From positions 480,001-544,000 of the forward strand of contig CAWKDB010000011.1 of NCBI GenBank assembly GCA_963848295.1: DNA of 64,000 bases, in the 5' to 3' direction. The DNA is from an uncultured delta proteobacterium. GTDB taxonomy: Bacteria; Myxococcota_A; Polyangia; Haliangiales; Haliangiaceae. Position numbers and translations under genes: made by a program. The stretch's first letter is position 1; every line of letters starts with the position of its first letter. The notes below the pieces were generated by a model that made no database searches, had not been told where the DNA came from, and saw nothing but the letters and a program-made list of their open reading frames with translations. Positions 26,354 through 36,253 of this stretch are shown here, piece after piece.

Positions 26354-28710
26354 TCACTCGACCAGGTTCGACAGGTAGGTCAGCCGCAGCCGATCGTCGC
26401 GCAACACGCGGAACGCCTCGTCGAGCACCGACGAGATCTCGTCGAGCTCCTGCGCGAGCTCACGGCGCAGGTCGTTCGGGAAACAATCGGCCGCGAAGTC
26501 GCGACGCGCCGCTTGGTACGCGCGACGGATCTCGAACCCGGTCGCATCGCGGCGTACGCCGAGCAACGCAAAATAGTCCGCCTCGCTGACGAGCGCCCAC
26601 CGCGACCGCACGCGTTCGCGATCGATCGCGAGATCGGTCTCGCCGACGAGCGCGGTCGATTCGTCAGGAGTCTCGAGCTCGGCGCGCCGCGCGATCGCCA
26701 GACCGAGCACGCACAACCCCCACGCGAGCGGCAACACGTCGGCGAGATCGAGCCCGACCGTGCGAGCGACCTGCGCGAGGTCGGCCTGGCCATCGAACGC
26801 GCCCAAGGCCGCGCGCTCCTCGCCGGACAGATCGCCGAGGTTGAGCACGCTCGCCGAGCGCGTTCGCGATCGGCGAGCTCGATCACGGTCGCCGCCGAAC
26901 CGACAAGCTTTTCGAGCGCGCTGCGGTCGAGCTTGCGGCGCACGCCTTCGAGGATCAACGACGCCGAGTGGCGCGACAGCCGGATCCGCTCGGCGCACGG
27001 CTCCGGATCACGATGCACGTGGTAGTGGCCGCGATCCCACCCGAACAACGAGTAGACGATGTCTTCGACGTGGCGGCGCACCGCCGGGAGCAGCTCACGC
27101 CGCTTGAGGTAGCCGAAGTCGACGAGGATCTCGCCCATGCGCCGGCCCGACGCCGCGACGTGGGTCTGGCACCGTTCGTACTGAGCCGCGGTGATCTTGC
27201 CTTCGCGCACGAGCAGCTCGCCCATCCGATCGCCAGGCTCGTTCGACGAGCCGAACACCGGACGTCCTTGATCGAAATACACCACCTTCTCGATAGCCGG
27301 CGTATCTTTGCGAAACGCGACGCGGCCGGTGACGCCGGTGCTGAACATCTTCGCGAATAGCAGCGCGGCGTCCGAAATGCCGCGTACGATCTCACCGGTG
27401 TCGGGTAACCCGCGCTCGCGCACCTGCGTGTTCCATGACCCGGGCGAGGTCGTTGGCTCGCGCGCCTCGATCCGCGCCGAGGGCCGCATCTCGATCTCGG
27501 TGACGGTGCCGACGAGCGCGGGCTCTTCGCCGAGCGCGGCGAGATCGATCTCGGTGTGCGCGTCGTGGCGCGGCCCGACCTCGACCGGTGCGGGTGCGGC
27601 GGTGTCGTGCTGGAACAGCCGCTGCGCCATCTGCGACATCTTCGCGCGCAGCTGGCGGGCGAAGTCGCGGCCACCCGGGCGGTCCTCGTCAGACGGCGGC
27701 GGCGTCACGACCGCTGGCGGCGGCGACGGCGGACTCAGTGGCATCGGCCCACTGGCGGACGCGTCGAGCTCGCCCTCGAGGCTGCCCAGGTCATTGCCGA
27801 CCTCGGTGAGCGACACCGCGACGACGTCGCGACCGGAGTCGGCTTCGACGACCTCGGATAGCGGCACCGGCGCCGACCACGGCTCGTCGGGGCCGCGCTC
27901 GATGATCACGTTCGGCGGCGGCTCGCTCGTCTGTTGGTGACGGCCGGCCGGGTCGTCGCGCAGGATCAGCGTCGGCTCGCGTGCGGGCTCGGCTTGCCAG
28001 TCGTCGACGAGATCGGTCGTCGTGTTGCCGGGTCGCCAGGACGGCGTCGGCACGACCTCCATCTCGGACGCCGTGACGCGGCGTGGCCGGATCATCACCG
28101 GCGGCAGCGGCTCGGCCTCGTCGGCGCCCCCAACCGGCGTGACCGCGATCAGCTCCGGATCGGTCAGATCGGGCTCGTCGCCGAGCGAATCGGCGAGCGC
28201 TTCCCACCGCGCGCGTTGTTCGGCGCGACCTCGGGGACCGGCCCCCGAGGTCGCCGCGGTCGGATCCCCGTCGACCTCGCCGTCGGGCGCACCACCTCCC
28301 AGGCCGCGCACGAGCACGACCGCATCGAGGCACGCCTCGACCGCGAACCGCAGCGCCTTGGCCGCGAGCGGCCGCCCGACGAACTTGTCGGGTGCGAGCT
28401 CGAGCGCGTCGAGCGCGGTCTTGACCGGGCCTTCGTCGTCGCCTACGACCACGATCGCGACCTCCGCGCGAGGCAACATCCGGCGCAGCGTGCCGATCAG
28501 CGAGCGCGCATCGCCGACCTCGAGGGTCGCGGTGATCACGACGACCTCGGGGCGCATCGCCTCGAACTGATCGATCGTGTCGTCGCCGCCGAAAGTCGTG
28601 ACGATCTCGACCGGCCCGCGCTCGAACGGCTCGGCGATCGCGGCGGCGAGCTCCGAGGTCCGCGCCGGATCCGCGGCGATCAACACGCAGGGCTTGGCGA
28701 CAGTGGACAC
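26354..28710 (-). CDS. Pseudo-receiver / low-complexity linker / DUF4388-like / degenerate J-domain protein (apparent indel ~26860)
   Basis: REC-like N-terminus; EKVVYFDQGRPVFGSSN..DRMGELLVREGKI, GRRMGEILV; C-terminal DYFALLGVRRDATGFEIRRAY...EAFRVLRD. Confidence 0.75.
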
Positions 28711-28749
28711 GATGAGCTCTCGGCGCCCGCAGTATCGCACGAAGCGCGG

Positions 28750-31200
28750 CTACATCGCAGACATCGGGTCGACGTCGAGCGCGACTCGAACTGCGCTCGA
28801 GACCTCGGCCGCGGCGAGCGACCGCGCGACCCGCCGCAACGACGCGCGATCGGCGCCGCGCAGCCAGATCTGCCAGCGCGTCCGGCCGCGCAGCCGCTCG
28901 AGCGGTGCGGGCACCGGGCCGCGAACCTCGACCGGCGCGGCGAGCTCCGGGCGCGCAGCGAGCTCGACCGCGAGCTTGCCGAGATCCGCGGCGGTCTGGG
29001 CGACCAGCGTCGGGTTCGCGCCGTCGATCCGGATCGCGATCAACCGGCCGTGCGGCGGATAGCCGAGCTCGGCGCGCGACCCCGACTCCGCGGTGAAGAA
29101 GCTGCGGTAATCGTGCGCCGCCGCCGCGGTCACTGCGGGCGAATCGGGCCGATAGGTCTGGACCAGCACGCGGCCGGGCCGATCGCCGCGACCGGCGCGC
29201 CCCGCGACCTGGGCGAGCAGCTGGAACGTGCGCTCGGCGGCGCGAAAGTCGGGCAGATCGAGCCCGGTGTCCGCGCACAACACGCCGACCAGGGTCACGC
29301 CCGGGAAGTCGTGGCCCTTCGTCACCATCTGCGTGCCGACCAACACGTCGACCTCGCGGCGAGCCACGCGAGACAGCACCGCTTCGGCCTTCGCTCCCGT
29401 CGCGACATCGCGATCGAGCCGCGCGACCCGCGCGTCGGGGAACTCCTCGGCGATCGCGGCCGCGACCTTCTCGGTGCCGAGCCCGGTGCGCTCGATCGCG
29501 GGCGCACCGCACTTCGGGCACGCCTCGGGCACGCGCTGCTGATAGCCGCAGTAGTGACAGCGCAGGCGATCGCTCTCTCGATGATAGGTCAGCGACACCG
29601 AGCAGTGCGGGCAGCGAAACGAGTGGCCGCACGCTTTGCACAACACGAACGTCGCGAACCCGCGGCGGTTGAGAAACAGGATCACCTGGTCGCCGTTCGC
29701 GAGCGTCTCCCCGATCGCGGCGCGCAGCGGCGCCGACACCATCGCCTCGCCGTCGGCCATGAACTTGCGGAGGTCGACGACCTCGACGGTCGGCATCGGC
29801 CGGGGCGCGCCGAGCGCCGGATCCGGCGGACGCTCGGTCAACGCGAGCAAGCGGTACTGGCCGCGCTCGGCGTGCGCGTAACTCTCGAGCGACGGCGTGG
29901 CCGAGCCGAGCACGCACACCGCGCCGGCGCGGTGCGCCCGCACGAGCGCGACGTCGCGCGCGTGGTAGCGCACGCCCTCGTCTTGCTTGAACGAGCCGTC
30001 GTGCTCTTCGTCGACGACGACGACCCCGAGGTTCGCGAGCGGGGCGAACACCGCCGAGCGAGCGCCGACCGCGATCGTCGCGTCGCCGCGGCGCAGGCGC
30101 GACCACTCGCCGAGCCGCGCTTGCTCGCGCAAGCCGGAGTGCAGGATCGCGACGCGATCGCCGAACCGCGCGCGAAACCGCGCCGCGAGCTGTGGGGTCA
30201 GCGAGATCTCGGGCACGAGCACGAGCGCGGTCTTGCCGGCGGCGAGCGCGGTCGCGATCACGCGCAGATACACCTCGGTCTTGCCGCTGCCGGTGACGCC
30301 GTGGAGCAAGAACGGCTGCGCGCCGGTCGCGAGCCCGGCGGTGATCGCGTCGACCGCCGCGGCTTGCTCGGCGGTCAGCGTCGGGATCGCGCCGCCGGCC
30401 ATCACGCCATCCACCGGCGCGACGTCGAGCGCGACCTCGCGATCGGTGACGCGGAGGTAGCCAGCGCTGACCAGCTCGCGCACGCCGGGGAGCCCGCCGA
30501 CCGCGGCGATCGGTTGCGCGCCGCGCTGGGCCAACAGCTCGATCGTGCCGAGCCGCTTCGGCGATCGGGCGAGTGCGGTGCGCGCGGCTTCGTGCTCGGC
30601 TCCGCCCGGCGCGAATGTCAGCTCGGCGATCCGCTCGCGCTTGAGCTTCGCGCGCACCGCATCGCGGTGATCGATCTCGACAACCAAGCCGCGCGCGCGC
30701 AGCGCTTCGAGATCGCGCTTGGCGGCGGCCTTGAGCCCGGTCGCCGGCCGCGGTCTAGCCGCGAGCTGCGCGAGCAGGGCCTGCTGAGACGCCGGCAGCG
30801 CCGCGCCCTGCCCGTCCGCGGCGACCCGACCGGCATCGGTCACCGCGATCACGCGGCGCTCTTTGATCCCGCTGCCGGCCGGCAAGGCCGCGCGCACGAC
30901 CTCGCCGGGCGGTGCCTCGTAGTAGTCGGCGATCCACATGCACAGATCGACCAGCTCGGCCGGGAGCGCGGGCGAGTCGTCGAGCACCTCGGCGAGCTCG
31001 ATCGGCTTGACACCCTCGGGCGCGGCGGTGCCGGTGCGCACGACGACGCCGGTGACCTTGCGCGGCCCGAACCGGACGAGCACGCGGGCGCCGACCTGCG
31101 CACCGTGCGCGAGTCGCGCCGGCACGCGGTAGTGATATCGCCCGGGCACCGGTAGAGTCACCGCGACCTCTACGAGGTCGGTCGCGGCAGCTTCGGTCAT
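28750..31200 (-). CDS. priA: Primosomal protein N'
   Basis: LHGVTGSGKTEVY, VDEEHD, LGSATPSLES, FLNRRGF, four CxxC, GTQMVTKGHDFP, QVAGRAGR. Confidence 0.97.
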   Translation of the reverse strand: MTEAAATDLVEVAVTLPVPGRYHYRVPARLAHGAQVGARVLVRFGPRKVTGVVVRTGTAAPEGVKPIELAEVLDDSPALPAELVDLCMWIADYYEAPPGEVVRAALPAGSGIKERRVIAVTDAGRVAADGQGAALPASQQALLAQLAARPRPATGLKAAAKRDLEALRARGLVVEIDHRDAVRAKLKRERIAELTFAPGGAEHEAARTALARSPKRLGTIELLAQRGAQPIAAVGGLPGVRELVSAGYLRVTDREVALDVAPVDGVMAGGAIPTLTAEQAAAVDAITAGLATGAQPFLLHGVTGSGKTEVYLRVIATALAAGKTALVLVPEISLTPQLAARFRARFGDRVAILHSGLREQARLGEWSRLRRGDATIAVGARSAVFAPLANLGVVVVDEEHDGSFKQDEGVRYHARDVALVRAHRAGAVCVLGSATPSLESYAHAERGQYRLLALTERPPDPALGAPRPMPTVEVVDLRKFMADGEAMVSAPLRAAIGETLANGDQVILFLNRRGFATFVLCKACGHSFRCPHCSVSLTYHRESDRLRCHYCGYQQRVPEACPKCGAPAIERTGLGTEKVAAAIAEEFPDARVARLDRDVATGAKAEAVLSRVARREVDVLVGTQMVTKGHDFPGVTLVGVLCADTGLDLPDFRAAERTFQLLAQVAGRAGRGDRPGRVLVQTYRPDSPAVTAAAAHDYRSFFTAESGSRAELGYPPHGRLIAIRIDGANPTLVAQTAADLGKLAVELAARPELAAPVEVRGPVPAPLERLRGRTRWQIWLRGADRASLRRVARSLAAAEVSSAVRVALDVDPMSAM

Positions 31201-32081
31201 GACGTGGCCGAATCGGCGAGCTCGCGGCACAACGCGAGCACCGCGTCGCGAAGCTCCGGTCGCTTGAGCGCGTAGGCGAGGTTCGCGCGCAAGTAGCCGA
31301 GCTTGTCTCCCGCGTCGTGGCGCCGACCTGTGAACTTCACGCCGTACAAGCCTGCGGGCGACGCGGCGAGCTCGCGCAGCGCGTCGGTCAGCTGGATCTC
31401 GCCGCCCGCACCCGGCCGCGTCGTCGCGAGGTGCGACCAGATCGTCGGCGGCAGGACGTAGCGCCCGACGATCGCCCACCGGCTCGGCGGGCTCTGCCTC
31501 GGCTTCTCGACCATCGAGCGGATCCGCATGTGGCCCGAGGCCTCGACGTCGCCCGCGACGATGCCGTACATGTGCTCGGCGCCCGCCGGCACCTCCATGA
31601 TCGCGATCGCGCCGGCGCCGGTGGCGGCGTGGACGCGCATCAACTGCGCGATGCCCGGATCGCCGTCGTCATCGATCAGATCGTCGCCGAGCATCACCGC
31701 GAATGGCTCGTCGCCGATCGCTTCGCGCGCGCACAGCACGGCATGGCCCAGGCCGAGCGGCTGTTTCTGGCGCACCGCGATCAGGCGAACCATCGTCGAT
31801 ATGCGCGCCATCGCCTCGGCGAGCTCGTGGTCGCCGCGTTCGCGCAACGTGTGCTCGAGCTCGTACGCGTGATCGAAGTGATCCTCGATCGCGACCTTGT
31901 TGCGGCCGTTGATCACGACGACATCGGTGATCCCGGCCCGCACCGCCTCGTCGATCACGAGCTGGATCGTCGGGATGTCGACGATCGGCAACATCTCCTT
32001 CGGGATCGCCTTGGTCGCGGGTAAGAACCGCGTTCCGAGGCCAGCCGCAGGGATCACCGCCTTACGGACCTGGTGCGCCAT
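31197..32081 (-). CDS. galU: UTP-glucose-1-phosphate uridylyltransferase
   Basis: KAVIPAAGLGTRFLPATKAIPKEMLP, QPLGLGHAV, VEKP, GEIQLTDA. Confidence 0.97.
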   Translation of the reverse strand: MAHQVRKAVIPAAGLGTRFLPATKAIPKEMLPIVDIPTIQLVIDEAVRAGITDVVVINGRNKVAIEDHFDHAYELEHTLRERGDHELAEAMARISTMVRLIAVRQKQPLGLGHAVLCAREAIGDEPFAVMLGDDLIDDDGDPGIAQLMRVHAATGAGAIAIMEVPAGAEHMYGIVAGDVEASGHMRIRSMVEKPRQSPPSRWAIVGRYVLPPTIWSHLATTRPGAGGEIQLTDALRELAASPAGLYGVKFTGRRHDAGDKLGYLRANLAYALKRPELRDAVLALCRELADSATS

Positions 32082-32113
32082 GACCGGGCCACCTTACCAT
32101 CGGCGTCGGACAC

Positions 32114-33142
32114 ATGGCCGAGCACCGCCCGTTCCCGCCATCGCCGCGCCGGCGAGCCCTCGCGCGAACCGCCGGGCTGTCGGGGGCGAGCCCGATCGCG
32201 ACCGCGGCGATCGGCTGGGTTGCCGCGACGATCGCGATCGCGGCGATCGCGCGCACGGCGGCGTCCGCGCTCGGTGGCTCGGTCGCGGCGGCGTGCTCTG
32301 GCTCGGCGACGGCGGTGCAGCCCGGCGCGATCGTCGGCGCGATCGCCGCGGTCGCCGGTCCGCTGCTCGGCGCGGTCGCGCTCGCCGCGATGATCGCGCA
32401 CGTGGCGCAGACCGGCGCGTTGTGGTCACCGCGCCGCAAGATCGCGGGCGCACCGAGCTTGCCCGCGGGCGCCGGGCCGCGCGTTCGGCGCGCGGGCCTC
32501 GAGCTGTCGTTCGCCGCCGCGATCGGCGCGGTCGGCTTCGGCTGGTTGTGGACGAGCGCGCCGCGGCTCGCCGTGCTCGTCGATGGAACCGCCTGGCCAT
32601 CCGGCGATGCGGCGGGTCGCGAGGCGCTGCTCGGCGCCGGTGCGACGCTCGTCGCCGGCGCGCTCACCGCGTTCGCGATCGGTTACGTCGTGCTCGGTGC
32701 GATCGATGCGCTGACCCGCCGGCTCGCGCTCGGTCGAGCGCTCGCGATGACCGCTGCCGAGCGCCGCGAGGACGACCGCCTGTCTGCGGCCGACCCGCGC
32801 TGGCGAGCCGCGCGCGCCGCCGCCGCGCGCGATGGCCTCGGCGATGCGATCGCGGGCGCGAGGCTCGTGGTGCTCGGTGACGACCTCGCGGTCGCGGTCG
32901 CCTGGGACCCGGTCCGCTGCCCGAACCCGATGCGCATCGCGAGCGGTCGCGCCGCGCGCGCCACGCAGATCATCGCGTACGCCCGGCGCTATCAGATCGC
33001 GGTCCATCGCGAGCCGGCGCTCGCAACTTTGGTGGCCCGGAACACGGTGATTTCCGAGGAAGCGTGGCCTCGGTTGGCAGAGATCATCGCGGCTTGCGCT
33101 GGGAGTGACAACACTATTGCGGTGCGCCAACGCGAGAGGTAA
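32114..33142 (+). CDS. flhB: Degenerate FlhB/SctU export switch protein lacking NPTH
   Basis: RPFPPSPRRRALAR (cf. KTEEPT.KK..AR), TMs, LAMTAAERREDDRLSAADP (cf. LKMTKQEVK.E....GDP), ASGR..RATQI..YAR...I.V.REPALA. Confidence 0.7.
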   Translation: MAEHRPFPPSPRRRALARTAGLSGASPIATAAIGWVAATIAIAAIARTAASALGGSVAAACSGSATAVQPGAIVGAIAAVAGPLLGAVALAAMIAHVAQTGALWSPRRKIAGAPSLPAGAGPRVRRAGLELSFAAAIGAVGFGWLWTSAPRLAVLVDGTAWPSGDAAGREALLGAGATLVAGALTAFAIGYVVLGAIDALTRRLALGRALAMTAAERREDDRLSAADPRWRAARAAAARDGLGDAIAGARLVVLGDDLAVAVAWDPVRCPNPMRIASGRAARATQIIAYARRYQIAVHREPALATLVARNTVISEEAWPRLAEIIAACAGSDNTIAVRQRER

Positions 33143-33152
33143 TACGCCCCGC

Positions 33153-34109
33153 GTGAAGCTCTCTCAGCTCGTATGCGCATCGCTCTTGATCGTTCCCGCC
33201 GCCGGTTGCATCGATACCGCCAATACCTCGGACACCGAGGGCGACAGCAGCTCGACGACGTACGTCAACGTCACCGACACCGACAGTGCCGACGGGCTGT
33301 ACGACCTGCAGGGCAAGCTCGCCGCCGAGTTCGCGGAGACCTGCGGCGATACGTTCTGCGAGGGCGAGTACTCGAACCTCACGCCGCTCGGCCTGCAGTG
33401 CTCGGTCACGAGCAAGCGCGGCGACATCCACGATTGCGCGTGGACGTTCGGCGCATCGCAGTTCCTCGTCAACCCGACCGCCGCGACGCTCGAGATCAAC
33501 GCGCCCACGTTCACGTGCCACTTCGCGCCGAAGACCTCGACCACCGCGGCGAAGCTGTTCGCGCTACTCGACGGCGCCGACTCCGCGATCGATACGGTGC
33601 TGCCCGGTTCGTCGACCTCGATCTACGACAGCTTGGTCGATTGTTTCCAGCACCCGGACGGCGCGACGCCGATCTCGATCGTCGCGACCCCGACCCCGAC
33701 CTACGTTGCCGCGAGCGATTACTACGTGAGCGCGGCCGGCAAGGCGAAGTGGGCGGCGGCTCAGAAGGCGCTGCTCGACGGCTTCAACAACGTCTGCGGC
33801 GACACGTTCTGCGGCAGCGACTATGGCGATCTGCAGTCGCTCGGCTTCGAGTGCTCGATCACCAAGTCGACCGGCAACATCAAGTCGTGCGCGTGGGTGT
33901 TCGCCGGCAACTTCGCGGAACCGGACAAGACCGGCAAGCTCGGCGAGACGATCCAATCGTGGAACTGCGCGGTCCACGCGCCGACCACGCTCGCCGCGAT
34001 GATCACGACGTTGACCGCGACGCTGCCCGCGGGCAGTGAAGACCCGATCCATCGCACGCTCGACGGCCTGAACTCGGCGTACGACGACATCGGCAACTGC
34101 CTGCCGTAG
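33153..34109 (+). CDS. Lipoprotein with two tandem 6-Cys domains (CGDTFC motif)
   Basis: Lipobox AAGC; repeats CGDTFCEGEYSNL..LGLQCSV..G.I..CAW.F and CGDTFCGSDYGDL..LGFECSI..G.I..CAW.F. Confidence 0.75.
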   Translation: MKLSQLVCASLLIVPAAGCIDTANTSDTEGDSSSTTYVNVTDTDSADGLYDLQGKLAAEFAETCGDTFCEGEYSNLTPLGLQCSVTSKRGDIHDCAWTFGASQFLVNPTAATLEINAPTFTCHFAPKTSTTAAKLFALLDGADSAIDTVLPGSSTSIYDSLVDCFQHPDGATPISIVATPTPTYVAASDYYVSAAGKAKWAAAQKALLDGFNNVCGDTFCGSDYGDLQSLGFECSITKSTGNIKSCAWVFAGNFAEPDKTGKLGETIQSWNCAVHAPTTLAAMITTLTATLPAGSEDPIHRTLDGLNSAYDDIGNCLP

Positions 34110-34123
34110 CGACGGCGCGCTGA

Positions 34124-34798
34124 TCAACGCACGAGCTGTGCGATCGCGATCGCGAGGGTCGCGACCAGGCTCGCGGTGATCATGACGAGGGCCGCAGGTG
34201 CTGCTGCGGCGGCAGGAACGAAACGCGCGCTGCGGCCGGCGACTCGCAGGCCTGCACCGGCGGCGAGCTCGACGACCGCGGCGGTGAGCAACCACGGGGT
34301 CGCGAGCCGGATCGCCGCGGGGATCAGCGCACCGAGCGTGGCGAGCACGCCGGGGGTGGTCGTGGCGAGCGCTGCGCCGGATGGCAACGCGCGATGACTG
34401 TCGAGCACTGCGCGGATCACCGCGATGTGGCCATCGAGCCCGACGAACACCGCCGCGGCGAGCACGGCGAACAACGCGGCGTACGGCCCACCCGCTCCCG
34501 CACCGAGCTGGCTAGAAGCGGAGACGCGATCGACGAGCCGGCCGGCGGTCGCCGCCGCGACGAGCGGGAGCGACGCGATCACACCGAGGGCGGTACCGAG
34601 CACGAGCTCGCGCGCGGCGACGAGCCAACCGAGGTCGACCGCGGCGCTCGCGTCGACCACCATCAGCGCGGTCCACAGGCCGGTCGCGAGCGCGAGCGCG
34701 GCCTGGGCGATGCGCGGGATGCCGCCGACGAGCGAGGTCAACACGAACACCGCCGCTGCTCCACGCAGCGACAGGATCGCGAGCGCCGCTAGCGTCAT
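34124..34798 (-). CDS. fliR: Degenerate FliR/SctT-like export gate protein
   Basis: Directly after fliQ (ATGA overlap); ELVLG..LG......AAATAGRLVD, FVGLDGH..VI.AV..S...LP, AIRLATP motifs. Confidence 0.72.
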   Translation of the reverse strand: MTLAALAILSLRGAAAVFVLTSLVGGIPRIAQAALALATGLWTALMVVDASAAVDLGWLVAARELVLGTALGVIASLPLVAAATAGRLVDRVSASSQLGAGAGGPYAALFAVLAAAVFVGLDGHIAVIRAVLDSHRALPSGAALATTTPGVLATLGALIPAAIRLATPWLLTAAVVELAAGAGLRVAGRSARFVPAAAAAPAALVMITASLVATLAIAIAQLVR

Positions 34799-35070
34799 CC
34801 GCGCGCCGTGCCGATCGTCGTGATCAGCGGCCACAACGTCGCGGCGAACGCCTGCAGCTGGTGTGCGATCGCCGGCGCGAACAACGCGATCGCGACCCCG
34901 ACCGCCGCGACTCGAGGCGCGAGCGCGACCGCCGGATCTTGGATCTGCGTAAAAGCCGCGACGAGCCCGGTGACCACACCCGCGATCACCGCTGCGACCA
35001 GCAACGGCGCCGCGAGCAACAGCGCGAGCAACGCGCCTTCGCGCATGATCGCGACGAGGCCAGACGTCAC
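34795..35070 (-). CDS. fliQ: FliQ/SctS export gate protein
   Basis: LAAPLLVAAVIAGVVTGLVAAFTQIQDPAVALAPR; 91 aa; GTGA overlap with fliP. Confidence 0.85.
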   Translation of the reverse strand: MTSGLVAIMREGALLALLLAAPLLVAAVIAGVVTGLVAAFTQIQDPAVALAPRVAAVGVAIALFAPAIAHQLQAFAATLWPLITTIGTARG

Positions 35071-35741
35071 GCGTAGCCTCTGAGCAACGCATCGATCAGC
35101 AGGCGCCAGCCGTCGACCGCGACGAACAGCAGCAACTTCAACGGCAGCGCCACGACCTGCGGCGACGTCGCCTGCAGCCCGAGCGCGGCGAGCGCTAGCC
35201 CGACGATCAGATCGATGATCAGAAACGGCACGAAGATCACGACCGCGATCGCGAACGCCTGGCGCAGCTCGGTCGTCACGAACGCCGGGCCGAGCACCCA
35301 CAGCTCGCGGCCGTCGGCTTGACGGCCCATCGTATGGGCGAGCTCGGTGAACGTTTCGCGATCCTTTGCGCCCGCGTGCTTGTCGAGAAACTCGCGCAAC
35401 GGCTCCACCGCACGCTCGGCGGCCGCGAGCTGGCCCTGATATTCGGCGGGCACCAGCTCGTGCAGCGCGTTGTCGAGAGAGCCCGGGGCGGGCGCCGGCG
35501 CGACCTCGGTGCTCTGCGCAGCCCTGGCCATCGCCAGCCCGACCGGCGCCATCACGAAGAACGTCAGCACGAGCGCGAGCCCGGTGACGACGAGCCCCGA
35601 CGGTGCGTCGGGCGCGCCGATCGCGTTGCGCACGAGCGACAGCACGACCGAAATCTTCACGAAGCTAGTCAGCACCAAGACGATCAGCGGCACGATCGCG
35701 ATCGTCGCGAGCAGCGCCGCGTTGCCCAAGCCGCCGGTCAC
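35067..35741 (-). CDS. fliP: FliP/SctR export gate protein
   Basis: LTSFVKISVVLSLVRNAIG, GLALVLTFFVMAP, PAFVTTELRQAF, PFLIIDLIV, LPLKLLLFVAVDGW. Confidence 0.9.
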   Translation of the reverse strand: MTGGLGNAALLATIAIVPLIVLVLTSFVKISVVLSLVRNAIGAPDAPSGLVVTGLALVLTFFVMAPVGLAMARAAQSTEVAPAPAPGSLDNALHELVPAEYQGQLAAAERAVEPLREFLDKHAGAKDRETFTELAHTMGRQADGRELWVLGPAFVTTELRQAFAIAVVIFVPFLIIDLIVGLALAALGLQATSPQVVALPLKLLLFVAVDGWRLLIDALLRGYA

Positions 35742-36130
35742 GGCGTCTCGCCCGGTGGCGGCGCCGGCGGCGGTGGGCGCTTGCGGCCGAGCGCGCGGGC
35801 CACGAGGTCGGCGAAGCCCGGGCGCTCGACGACGCGCGCTCGCACCTCGCTGCCATCGAGCTCGGACAGCACCGACAGGCCCATCTCGCTCGTCCCGACG
35901 AGCAGCGTCTTGCCCGCGACCTCGACGACGTAGAGCGATCGCCGAGGCTCCAGCGGCAGGCGCGCGACGACGTCGAGCACGTGCGCGCCACGCGTGCGGC
36001 CGGTCGCCATCCATCGGCCGAGCACGCGCACGGCCACGACCGCGACGATGCTGACGACGCCGAGCACGATCAGCGAGGTGACGAGCAGATCACCGTAGCC
36101 AGCTCCACCAGACACGCCATTCCCGGGCAT
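35738..36130 (-). CDS. fliO: FliO-like protein
   Basis: Single TM followed by LDVVARLPLEPRRSLYVVEVAGKTLLVGTSE..LSVLSEL; precedes fliP. Confidence 0.8.
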   Translation of the reverse strand: MPGNGVSGGAGYGDLLVTSLIVLGVVSIVAVVAVRVLGRWMATGRTRGAHVLDVVARLPLEPRRSLYVVEVAGKTLLVGTSEMGLSVLSELDGSEVRARVVERPGFADLVARALGRKRPPPPAPPPGETP

Positions 36131-36199
36131 GGGCGTGGTGTTACCAAGCCGGTCTGACGTTGCCGGGATCACCGGCGACTCCGGGTCTTCGAGCTCCCC

Positions 36200-36233
36200 G
36201 AAAACGAACACGGCCCCCGAGGGGGCCGTGTTC
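36200..36233 (-). terminator. Rho-independent terminator of the upstream lipoprotein gene
   Basis: Minus strand GAACACGGCCCC-CTCG-GGGGCCGTGTTC followed by GTTTT. Confidence 0.75.
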
Positions 36234-36253
36234 ACCCGAGTCGCTCGCTCTGG

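Noticed and set aside
27934..31155. 1073-aa plus-strand ORF and similar long ORFs (e.g. 38096-40201, 53649-55550)
   Set aside because: Antisense shadows of real genes in high-GC DNA; Arg-rich with no motifs.
32114..36130. Evidence for a functional flagellum
   Set aside because: Only export-gate homologs are present and key motifs are degenerate; no structural flagellar genes in the window.
36131..36235. Longer fliO start at 36235
   Set aside because: It would run through the terminator hairpin of the upstream gene; ATG 36130 fits better.
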